From contig CP070669.1 in NCBI GenBank assembly GCA_020351835.1, forward strand, positions 2,125,079 through 2,139,917: a stretch of 14,839 nucleotides of DNA, written 5' to 3'. The notes below the pieces were generated by a model. That model did not search any database and was not told the origin of the DNA. It saw nothing but the letters and a program-made list of their open reading frames with translations. Source of the stretch: Nitrospirota bacterium. Lineage in GTDB: Bacteria; Nitrospirota; Thermodesulfovibrionia; Thermodesulfovibrionales; BMS3Bbin05. This document shows, in pieces, positions 7,120-14,561 of this stretch. A program made the translations under genes and the position numbers. Within the stretch, counting starts at the first letter, position 1; every line of letters begins with the position of its first letter.

Positions 7120-7479
7120 TCAGTTGGTAGAAAGCCAATCCTTGGCAGCTTCAGCATCATCAAAGCTCTTGATGACCCTTTTCGAGAACAGAAGGACGGC
7201 CTGGTATATGACCTGTTTCAGTCCGGTTATTCCGATAACCGCAGAAGCCTTTATATAAGGTTTATTGTGCGATGTGAAATGTTTTAATGCATCGGATACC
7301 TCGCCGTTGAAATGAGCATTGGTTACGTCTGTGAGGACCAGAAGAGAGTTCTCGGGTCTTGAGCTTATGATAGGTTTTGCTTCCTCAATGGTCTGAAGCA
7401 CTTCTTTCGGCTCACAATGTGAGAAATCCAGTAATAATATCGGCTTTCCATTGTGCTCTGTGAATCTGACACGCTGCAT
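7120..7479 (-). CDS. STAS/SpoIIAA-like single-domain protein (119 aa)
   Basis: The ATG at 7479 has GGAGGG 6 nt upstream, so the track start at 7497 is probably too long. The pattern ILLLDFSHC...SLLVLTDVT...YIKASAVIGITG...FDDAEAAKDWL resembles STAS-like domains that end in ..A..WL. Confidence 0.55.
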   Translation of the reverse strand: MQRVRFTEHNGKPILLLDFSHCEPKEVLQTIEEAKPIISSRPENSLLVLTDVTNAHFNGEVSDALKHFTSHNKPYIKASAVIGITGLKQVIYQAVLLFSKRVIKSFDDAEAAKDWLSTN

Positions 7480-7579
7480 ATCCGACCCTCCGATCATTTT
7501 TTATAAAAGATACCTGAAGAGCAGGGAAAAATCAATTCCGTAAGGTCCGGTATCCGGGTTTTTAACGAGGGCTGCCGGA

Positions 7580-7608
7580 TTGAAAAAAATACCATGATTA
7601 CATTAAAT
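7580..7608 (+). promoter_or_regulatory. Candidate sigma70-type promoter for tig-clpP-clpX (TTGAAA, 17-bp spacer, TTAAAT)
   Basis: TTGAAA at 7580..7585 and TTAAAT at 7603..7608. An alternative is ATTACA (7597..7602), 18-bp spacer, TATCAT (7621..7626). Sequence match only. I found no CIRCE element and no convincing sigma32 -10. Confidence 0.25.
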
Positions 7609-7710
7609 TATTAAGTGTTTTATCATGCCAGCATGAGACGGGTCAGCTGTTCAATGCTTTCCTAATTAACTGAAAAAAGAAACCATTTAACTGATATTTC
7701 AGGAGGTAAG

Positions 7711-8952
7711 ATGATAAAGAACTTGGAGCATGTTTCGGAAACGAAAAAGAGGATGACTGTCGAGATACCGGCGGATGTCATCGAGAAGAAGATCAGGGAG
7801 GAGCTCCTTAATGTGGGGCGAAGGGTGAAGATACCTGGGTTCAGGCCCGGCAAGGCGCCGATATCGCTGCTTGATAAGAAGTTCGGAAAGGATGTCGAAT
7901 CGGATGTGCTGCAGAAAGTTGTGCCTGAGTATTATTCAAGGGCTATGCAGGAGGCAAAGCTATCACCGATATCTAACCCGGAATTTGAGAAAAGCGATTA
8001 CAAGAGGAACGACCCTCTTGAGATGACATTTACAGTTGAAGTACTGCCGGAGATAAAAGAACTTAAATATGAAGGGGTGCAGATAAAGGCCGTGGAACCG
8101 GAGATCACCGAAGAAGAGGTGGAAACGGCCATGAAGCGTATCCAGGCCGAGAAGCTGTCATTTGAACCTGCAGGAAGGCCGGCGGAGAAGGACGATGTGG
8201 TAACGATGGATTACGAGGTAATAGAGGACGGCAAAGAGCATAAGGATGAGATCTTCAAGGTGGGAAGCGATCAATACCCTGAGGAGCTTTCGGAGGAGAT
8301 CAAGGGAAAGAAGGCGGGAGATGATTTTGAAGTAAAGCTCACCTTCCCGGAAGGGCATAACTCGGACCTTAAAGGCAGGACCGTGACATTTAAGGGATCG
8401 ATAAAGGAGATCAAAGTTCTCAAGCTTCCTGATATTGACGAGAGTTTTGCCAGGGACGCGGGGTTTGAAGGGCTGGCTGCTTTTAAGGATGCATTAAAGG
8501 CTGATATCAGGTCTGCAAAGGCAGTCCAGATAAGGAAGAAACAGATAGTCGAGATAATAGAGAAGCTAGTAGATTCTCATGAATTTGCAGTTCCTGAAGG
8601 AATGCTTGAGAACGAACTGTCAGCGCTCTTGACCTCCGAAAGAGGAAAAGATGAAAATAAAGACAAGGATGAGAGCTCTTTGAAGGAAGAGCTTAGGCCT
8701 GAAGCCTTAAAGAACGCAAAATCTGCAGTATTGTTAAATGTAATAGGTGACAAAGAGAACGTAACTGTATCTGAAGAAGAGATGAAGGAAAAGATATTCG
8801 AACTGTCGCAGATGACCCAGATACCTCCTCAGAACCTGGTCCAGATGTATATGTCGAAAGACGGATCGCTTGAGGGGCTGAGATATGGGGTGTTCAAGGA
8901 GAAGGTCGCTGAACTTATTCATTCTAAAGCAGTGATCGGGAAAGGAGAATAG
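7711..8952 (+). CDS. tig: Trigger factor (ribosome-associated chaperone / PPIase)
   Basis: The N-terminal ribosome-binding signature GFRPGKAP is present. Length and position upstream of clpP-clpX are typical. SD AGGAGG at 7701..7706. Confidence 0.93.
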   Translation: MIKNLEHVSETKKRMTVEIPADVIEKKIREELLNVGRRVKIPGFRPGKAPISLLDKKFGKDVESDVLQKVVPEYYSRAMQEAKLSPISNPEFEKSDYKRNDPLEMTFTVEVLPEIKELKYEGVQIKAVEPEITEEEVETAMKRIQAEKLSFEPAGRPAEKDDVVTMDYEVIEDGKEHKDEIFKVGSDQYPEELSEEIKGKKAGDDFEVKLTFPEGHNSDLKGRTVTFKGSIKEIKVLKLPDIDESFARDAGFEGLAAFKDALKADIRSAKAVQIRKKQIVEIIEKLVDSHEFAVPEGMLENELSALLTSERGKDENKDKDESSLKEELRPEALKNAKSAVLLNVIGDKENVTVSEEEMKEKIFELSQMTQIPPQNLVQMYMSKDGSLEGLRYGVFKEKVAELIHSKAVIGKGE

Positions 8953-9558
8953 ATGAGCATTATACCAATGGTCATTGAGCAGACCGGAAGGTCGGAACGG
9001 GCCTATGATATATACTCGAGGCTCTTGAAGGACAGGATAATCTTTATGGGTACCGCTATAGATGATAATGTAGCGAATACTGTTATAGCACAGCTGCTGT
9101 TCCTGCAGACAGAGGATCCCGAGAAGGACATACATCTTTATGTGAACTCGCCGGGAGGAATAGTATCATCCGGCCTGGCTATATACGATACTATGAGATA
9201 TGTGAAGCCTGACATTGCCACATATTGTATCGGTCAGGCTGCAAGCATGGGAGCTTTATTACTGGCTGCGGGGTCTAAAGGGAAGAGGTTCATTCTCCCG
9301 CACTCCAGAGTGATGATACACCAGCCCATGGGAGGATTTCAGGGGCAGGCGACGGATGTAGAGATACATGCCAGGGAGATATTGAAGCTGAAAGACACCC
9401 TGAACGGGATCCTGGCAGACCATACGGGACAGCCGATAGAGAAGATACAGGCTGATACCGACAGGGATTTCTTTATGTCACCGGAAGAAGCAAAGACTTA
9501 TGGGATCGTTGATGAGGTAATATATGCCATCAGCGATACATCAAAGGACAGGCAATAA
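8953..9558 (+). CDS. clpP: ATP-dependent Clp protease proteolytic subunit
   Basis: [14 protein letters not shown] and the catalytic-Ser context GQAASMGA, plus MIHQP (His) and DTDRD (Asp). The ATG directly abuts the tig stop codon. Confidence 0.96.
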   Translation: MSIIPMVIEQTGRSERAYDIYSRLLKDRIIFMGTAIDDNVANTVIAQLLFLQTEDPEKDIHLYVNSPGGIVSSGLAIYDTMRYVKPDIATYCIGQAASMGALLLAAGSKGKRFILPHSRVMIHQPMGGFQGQATDVEIHAREILKLKDTLNGILADHTGQPIEKIQADTDRDFFMSPEEAKTYGIVDEVIYAISDTSKDRQ

Positions 9559-9570
9559 ACGGGAGAACAC

Positions 9571-10806
9571 ATGTCGAAGAAAGATGAACTTCAGTTAAAA
9601 TGTTCTTTTTGCGGTAAGGGGCAGGAAGAGGTAAGGAAGCTCATAGCGGGCCCAACCGTGTATATTTGCGATGAGTGCGTTGAGCTGTGCAACGAGATAA
9701 TTGCTGAAGAACTGCATTCAGAAGCTGAAGGTTCGGTACACCCTAAACTTCCTACGCCGGCAGAGATAAATGAGTTTCTGCAGGAATACGTGATCGGTCA
9801 GGAGAGGGCCAAAAAGATACTTTCGGTCGCCGTATACAACCATTATAAAAGGATATATAACCCTCATGACAAAGAGGTGGAGCTCCAGAAGAGCAACATA
9901 CTCCTCATAGGACCTACAGGTACGGGTAAGACCTTGCTTGCCCAAACTCTTGCAAGACTTTTGGACGTTCCCTTTACGATAGCCGATGCAACCACACTAA
10001 CCGAGGCGGGTTATGTCGGAGAAGATGTGGAGAATATAATCCTTAAGCTTCTGCAGTCCGCTAACTATGATGTAGAGAGGGCACAAAGAGGCATCGTATA
10101 TATCGATGAAATAGACAAGATAAGCAAGAAGTCGGATAATCCTTCCATAACAAGGGATGTTTCGGGCGAAGGGGTCCAGCAGGCTCTTCTGAAGATCATC
10201 GAGGGAACTATAGCTAACATACCTCCCCAGGGAGGGAGAAAACACCCGCAGCAGGAATATGTTCAGGTGGATACGACAAATGTGCTCTTCATCTGCGGTG
10301 GTGCTTTTGTCGGGCTGGATGAGATAGTGGAGCTTCGCACCGGGAAAAGGATGATGGGATTCGGTGCTGAACTAGTATCTAAGAGGCGGGTAGGCAATGT
10401 GCTCGACAGTGTCCAGTCGGAGGACCTTCTTAAATACGGCATAATACCTGAGATGATAGGCAGGCTGCCTGTAGTGGCGAGCCTGGATGAGCTTAACGAA
10501 GACGCCCTGGTCAAGATATTGACCATACCGAAGAACGCCCTTGTTAAACAGTACCAGAAACTACTTTCTCTTGAAGATGTTAAACTGCAGTTCTCCGAGG
10601 GAGCTCTGAAGGCAATAGCCAAAAAAGCCATAAAAAGGAAGACAGGCGCAAGAGGGCTGAGAGCGATCCTTGAGGAGATAATGCTGGATGTTATGTATGA
10701 GGTCCCTTCAAGCAAGTCGATCAAGGAATGTATCGTTAATGAGGAAACGGTGGTCAAGCATGAGAAGCCTATCCTTGTTTACGAACCGAAAGCCGAATCC
10801 GCGTGA
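9571..10806 (+). CDS. clpX: ATP-dependent Clp protease ATP-binding subunit ClpX
   Basis: N-terminal zinc-binding domain (CSFCGK...CDEC), Walker A GPTGTGKT, Walker [10 protein letters not shown], and the GARGLR motif. SD GGGAG lies upstream. Confidence 0.96.
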   Translation: MSKKDELQLKCSFCGKGQEEVRKLIAGPTVYICDECVELCNEIIAEELHSEAEGSVHPKLPTPAEINEFLQEYVIGQERAKKILSVAVYNHYKRIYNPHDKEVELQKSNILLIGPTGTGKTLLAQTLARLLDVPFTIADATTLTEAGYVGEDVENIILKLLQSANYDVERAQRGIVYIDEIDKISKKSDNPSITRDVSGEGVQQALLKIIEGTIANIPPQGGRKHPQQEYVQVDTTNVLFICGGAFVGLDEIVELRTGKRMMGFGAELVSKRRVGNVLDSVQSEDLLKYGIIPEMIGRLPVVASLDELNEDALVKILTIPKNALVKQYQKLLSLEDVKLQFSEGALKAIAKKAIKRKTGARGLRAILEEIMLDVMYEVPSSKSIKECIVNEETVVKHEKPILVYEPKAESA

Positions 10807-10828
10807 TACTTCCGGGAATGTTCTGCCA

Positions 10829-11263
10829 CTAAGACCTCTCGTCGCCCAGGGACCTTTCTATGGCTTTCCTGATAGCGTTCTTAAGTTGATCGCTCTTTAT
10901 GGCAGATGAAGTTTCTTGTGCAAATTCCCTGTCCTTATCGGATACTGTTGTTGCTTCTTTATTAAGTGGTTCTGAAGTCCGCTTTTTCCTGATGCGGCCT
11001 AACTTGAAACGAACGCTTGTGATGTCGAAAGGTTCTAATTTGGACAGGATATTGGTCTGGTAGTACTGGAGTTCATGGAGCCATTCAGCAGAGTCCACAT
11101 TGATAACGAGCTTGCCGCCTTTGTAATGGTCAGGGTCTGTGTGGCCGGATATGGTATCACCAACGATCTCGTTCCAGCGCCTTCTTAGCATCTCAACTGT
11201 AACAGCCTTGCCGATACCGAGCTCTCTGATCAAGTCTTCAAAGGCCTTGGAGAGCCTTTCCAT
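10829..11263 (-). CDS. DUF721 (DciA-like) domain protein
   Basis: The pattern W..IVG..I..HT.P......KLVI.V.S..W..EL......IL.KL resembles DUF721. The ATG (11263..11261) directly abuts the rpmB stop (11266..11264). Confidence 0.65.
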   Translation of the reverse strand: MERLSKAFEDLIRELGIGKAVTVEMLRRRWNEIVGDTISGHTDPDHYKGGKLVINVDSAEWLHELQYYQTNILSKLEPFDITSVRFKLGRIRKKRTSEPLNKEATTVSDKDREFAQETSSAIKSDQLKNAIRKAIERSLGDERS

Positions 11264-11452
11264 TTAAATGACTTTGACTACTTTACCTGATTTAATACAC
11301 CTTGTGCAGACAGATGCGCTTAACAGAGTACCCTTATCGTTTATCTTTATCTTCTGAAGGTTAGGTTTGCTCCACCTTTTGTTCTTGTTGTTAGCGTGGC
11401 TGACCCTGTTCCCTACTTTCTTGGCCTTCCCGCATACATAGCATACCGCCAT
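11264..11452 (-). CDS. rpmB: 50S ribosomal protein L28 (Cys-containing form)
   Basis: MAVCYVCGKAKKVGNRVSHANNKNKRWSKPNLQK is the L28 signature. Both CxxC...CxxC cysteine pairs are present. SD AAGGAGA lies upstream on the minus strand. Confidence 0.9.
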   Translation of the reverse strand: MAVCYVCGKAKKVGNRVSHANNKNKRWSKPNLQKIKINDKGTLLSASVCTRCIKSGKVVKVI

Positions 11453-11482
11453 CCCGTGTCTCCTTTCGTGAAGTGCTTTAAA

Positions 11483-11498
11483 TCTGCAAAATTGCAGA
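11483..11498. promoter_or_regulatory. Perfect 16-bp palindrome TCTGCAAAATTGCAGA in the rpmB/ylxR divergent intergenic region (candidate operator or leader hairpin)
   Basis: TCTGCAA (11483..11489) is the exact reverse complement of TTGCAGA (11492..11498), with a 2-bp centre. The palindrome lies 30 nt upstream of the rpmB ATG and 33 nt upstream of the ylxR ATG. Confidence 0.4.
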
Positions 11499-11511
11499 AA
11501 AAAAGTTGTTT

Positions 11512-11540
11512 ATGATAACATTTTATGATAAATGAAACAA
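11512..11540 (-). promoter_or_regulatory. Candidate extended -10 promoter for rpmB (-35 TTGTTT, 17-bp spacer, TGtTATCAT)
   Basis: On the minus strand, TTGTTT is at 11540..11535, TG at 11520..11519 and TATCAT at 11517..11512. The predicted TSS near 11505 would place the palindrome at roughly +7 to +22. Sequence match only. Confidence 0.25.
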
Positions 11541-11792
11541 GAGCCTCTAAGGACCTGCATAAGTTGCGGTAAGAAAAGGTCTAAAACCAGTATGTTAAGG
11601 TTCGTTATCAGGGACCGGGGCGCAGTTCTGGACAGAAAGATGAGGATGGAAGGCCGCGGATTCTATATATGTCCGTTAAGTGATTGCCTGACGGGCTTGA
11701 GAACAAGGTCCGGCAAGGCAAGGAAATATAAATTGTCAGATGAACACTTTAATACTATACGCGAAGAGATAGCGTCGGAGGTTTTAACTTAA
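11532..11792 (+). CDS. ylxR: YlxR/RnpM-family (DUF448) RNA-binding protein
   Basis: LRTCISCGKKRSKTSMLRFV...GRGFYIC matches the YlxR signature. The gene sits directly upstream of infB, and its stop overlaps the infB start (TAATG). No SD precedes the ATG. Confidence 0.8.
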   Translation: MKQEPLRTCISCGKKRSKTSMLRFVIRDRGAVLDRKMRMEGRGFYICPLSDCLTGLRTRSGKARKYKLSDEHFNTIREEIASEVLT

Positions 11793-14260
11793 TGGCAGAC
11801 AAGATCAGGGTTCATGAGCTAGCAAAAGAAGTGGGTAAGGACAGCAAGGAAGTTATAGAGCTTCTTGAAAAGAGTGGCGTGAAGGGAAAGAAGGCAATGT
11901 CGGCCCTTGAGGAAGATGAGGCAGCAAAGGTAAGAGCTGTCGGCGGTAAGGCCAAGACCGTAAAGAAGGCAAAGAAGAAGGATGAAAAGTCGGCGGCCAA
12001 GACAAAGAAGAAGACCGCGGTAAAAAAGAAATCTGCTTCGGCGAAAAAAGCTGTCAAGAAGAAGACCGTTGAAAAGAAAGAAACCTCATCTAAGAAGAAG
12101 GTTACGCCAAAGAAAGCGGCTAAAGTAAAGAAGGCCGATGGTAAAAAGAAAGAAAAGAAGGTCACGCCGGAAGAGGAGGCTGTAGTACGGACGGTCCCGA
12201 AGGAAGAGAGGAAGCAGGAGAAGAAGTTAAGGATACCGGCCCCCATTAAAGAACCTGTTGTCATGGAAGATGTAGGTGACGACACTGAAGTAGAACTGCC
12301 TGACAGGTTCAAAAAAGAAGTAGATGCTGATAGTGCAGATAAGGCTAAGGTCAAGCCATCCATGAAGCGCGCTTTCGAGACTATCAGGAAAATAGAACCC
12401 CGGAAGTGGTTTGATCAGAAAACGACGAGGAAACACGGCAAGCAGAGGCCTGCGGTTAAAGTAGAGAAGAAGATAGTAGCTCCCACGGTAACGGCGCCAC
12501 GTAAGAAATCCATTAAGATCCAGGAGGGTATGACCGTTAAGGAGTTCGCCGAGCTTCTGGGCCAGAAACTTCCGGAAATAATAAAGAGGTTCATGGAACT
12601 CGGCATAATGGCGACCATAAACCAGCCTGTCGATATTGATGCTGCTGTCCTGGTCGCTGACGCACTTGATATAAAGGTCGAGGTAGCAGCCGCCGATGAA
12701 GATATCGATGTTATAGAGGATACATCAAAAGAAGAGAACATGGTTCCCAGGTCTCCTGTCGTAACGATCATGGGGCATGTCGATCATGGTAAGACATCGC
12801 TTCTGGATGCAATAAGAGAGACGAAGGTCACTGAGTCGGAGGCCGGGGGCATTACACAGCATATTGGTGCGTATGAAGTTAATATTAAGGGAAAGAAGAT
12901 AGCCTTCCTGGATACCCCGGGTCACGAGGCATTTACCATGATGAGAGCACGCGGGGCAAAAGTGACCGATATAGTTGTCCTTGTAGTGGCTGCGGATGAC
13001 GGTGTAATGCCTCAGACCGTGGAGGCAATAGACCATTCCAAGGCTGCTGAGGTCCCCATAGTAGTAGCTATAAATAAGATAGACAAGCCCGAAGCCAATG
13101 TGCAGAGGATCAAGACCGAGCTGGCAGAGCATGGGATAGTCCCTGAAGAATGGGGAGGTACCAACATAATGGTAGAGGTATCCGCCAAACAGAGGATCGG
13201 GATAGAGGATGTTCTCGAGATGATCCTTCTGCAGGCTGAGATGCTCGAGCTTAAGGCCGATCCTAAGGCGTCGGGGATCGGTACTATAATAGAATCAAGG
13301 CTTGACAAGGGCAGAGGTGCAGTAGCAACGATCCTTGTGCAGTCGGGAACGATCCGCGTTGGTGATGCATTCGTTGCCGGGACCTCATTTGGTAAAGTAA
13401 GGGCCCTTAATGATGATATCGGAAAGAGGGTGAAGGAGGCAGGTCCGTCGGTGCCGGTCGAGGTGGTTGGTTTTGCCGAGGTGCCTCAGGCAGGTGATAT
13501 GCTGTCGGTCGTTGGTGATGAGAAAAAGGCCCGGCAGATAGCAATGGCAAGACATCAGAAGGAGCGTTTGACTCAGATCGCAAGGGCAAGGAAGGTGAAG
13601 CTTGACCAGGTCTATGATCAGATCAAGGATGGGGAGATAAGGGAGCTTAACCTTATAATAAAGGCCGATGTGCAGGGTTCAGCGGAAGCGATCAAGGACT
13701 CCTTTGAAGGCATAATCCACCCTGAGGTGAAGGTAAGGGTGATACATACAGCGGTAGGAGGCATTAATGAATCTGATGTTATGCTTGCAACGGCCTCCAA
13801 TGCGATCATTATCGGTTTCAATGTAAGACCGGAGGTGAAGGCTGCAAAGGTAGCAGAGAGCGAAGGAGTCGATATCAAACTTTATAACGTGATCTATGAG
13901 GCTATAGATGATGTAAAGAAAGCTCTCGAGGGACTTTTGGAGCCCACACTTAAAGAGAATATCCTTGGCAGGGCTGAGGTCAGGGACCTGTTCACAATAT
14001 CGAGGTTAGGTACGATTGCAGGATGTTATGTCATTGACGGAGTAATAAAGAGGAACAGTGATGGTATACGTGTGATAAGGGATAATATCGTAGTTTATGA
14101 TGGAAAGATAGCATCACTAAAGAGGTTCAAGGAGGATACCGGTGAGGTCCAGTCCGGATATGAGTGTGGCATCCTTGTAGAGAATTTCAATGATATAAAG
14201 ACCGGCGATATACTCGAGAACTATATAATTGAGAAAATCGCAACAAAGCTCGAACAGTAG
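11792..14260 (+). CDS. infB: Translation initiation factor IF-2
   Basis: G-domain motifs GHVDHGKTSLLD, DTPGHEAF and NKID are present. The N-terminal IF2_N-like segment is followed by a Lys/Ala-rich linker. The C-terminal domains are typical. SD GGAGG at 11777..11781. Confidence 0.97.
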   Translation: MADKIRVHELAKEVGKDSKEVIELLEKSGVKGKKAMSALEEDEAAKVRAVGGKAKTVKKAKKKDEKSAAKTKKKTAVKKKSASAKKAVKKKTVEKKETSSKKKVTPKKAAKVKKADGKKKEKKVTPEEEAVVRTVPKEERKQEKKLRIPAPIKEPVVMEDVGDDTEVELPDRFKKEVDADSADKAKVKPSMKRAFETIRKIEPRKWFDQKTTRKHGKQRPAVKVEKKIVAPTVTAPRKKSIKIQEGMTVKEFAELLGQKLPEIIKRFMELGIMATINQPVDIDAAVLVADALDIKVEVAAADEDIDVIEDTSKEENMVPRSPVVTIMGHVDHGKTSLLDAIRETKVTESEAGGITQHIGAYEVNIKGKKIAFLDTPGHEAFTMMRARGAKVTDIVVLVVAADDGVMPQTVEAIDHSKAAEVPIVVAINKIDKPEANVQRIKTELAEHGIVPEEWGGTNIMVEVSAKQRIGIEDVLEMILLQAEMLELKADPKASGIGTIIESRLDKGRGAVATILVQSGTIRVGDAFVAGTSFGKVRALNDDIGKRVKEAGPSVPVEVVGFAEVPQAGDMLSVVGDEKKARQIAMARHQKERLTQIARARKVKLDQVYDQIKDGEIRELNLIIKADVQGSAEAIKDSFEGIIHPEVKVRVIHTAVGGINESDVMLATASNAIIIGFNVRPEVKAAKVAESEGVDIKLYNVIYEAIDDVKKALEGLLEPTLKENILGRAEVRDLFTISRLGTIAGCYVIDGVIKRNSDGIRVIRDNIVVYDGKIASLKRFKEDTGEVQSGYECGILVENFNDIKTGDILENYIIEKIATKLEQ

Positions 14261-14281
14261 TAAAGGGCCCCGGATCAGCCT

Positions 14282-14560
14282 ATGCTGGTTGGACTTCTCA
14301 CAGTAGAAATATTCATTCCCGAAGCTAATTCACTCAAATCTAAGAGGTATGTTGTGAACTCACTTAAAGACAGGTTAAAGAACAAGTTCAATGTATCCGT
14401 TGCGGAGGAGGCGAACGACCTATGGCAGAGAACTATTATTGCCGTTGCATGTGTTTCGAACAAAAAGGGACATCTTCAGGATGTTATGCAGAAGGTTAAG
14501 GACTTTATTCTTAATGAACATGATCTCGAGGTTATAGATCATAATATGGAGATCATCTGA
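14282..14560 (+). CDS. ylxP: DUF503 protein (YlxP-like)
   Basis: MLVGLLTVEIFIPEANSLKSKR matches the DUF503 N-terminus. The position between infB and rbfA is the same as B. subtilis ylxP. Confidence 0.75.
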   Translation: MLVGLLTVEIFIPEANSLKSKRYVVNSLKDRLKNKFNVSVAEEANDLWQRTIIAVACVSNKKGHLQDVMQKVKDFILNEHDLEVIDHNMEII

Positions 14561-14561
14561 A

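Noticed and set aside
7542-7563. Small hairpin CCGG-TAT-CCGG with G-U extensions followed by TTTTT in the STAS/tig intergenic region (possible terminator or sRNA end)
   Set aside because: It has only 4 Watson-Crick GC pairs. No + strand gene or promoter lies upstream to terminate. It is most likely incidental.
7666-7694. An 8-bp direct repeat TTAACTGA (7666..7673 and 7687..7694, 21 bp apart) just upstream of the tig SD
   Set aside because: An 8-mer repeat within a ~200-bp AT-rich intergenic region is roughly what chance would give. There is no dyad symmetry. It is noted only as something to revisit if conserved.
7498-7710. Search for heat-shock control elements upstream of tig-clpP-clpX (CIRCE inverted repeat, sigma32 CTTGAAA/CCCCATNT)
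   Set aside because: There is no TTAGCACTC-N9-GAGTGCTAA-like repeat. TTGAAA is present, but the downstream CCAT-containing segment matches the sigma32 -10 poorly. A sigma70-type reading fits better.
10263-10757. A 164-aa minus ORF inside clpX, the + ORF 10688..10909 bridging clpX and DUF721, and the minus ORF 14570..14821
   Set aside because: These are shadows of clpX, of the DUF721 gene and of rbfA respectively. They have no SDs or motifs, and the real frames are clear.
11812-13878. A series of minus-strand ORFs inside infB (11812..12363, 12227..12436, 12415..12771, 12725..13132, 13012..13308, 13407..13589, 13618..13878)
   Set aside because: All are antisense to an infB frame with complete G-domain and C-terminal motifs. 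Their low-complexity Ser/Phe/Thr composition mirrors the Lys/Glu codons.
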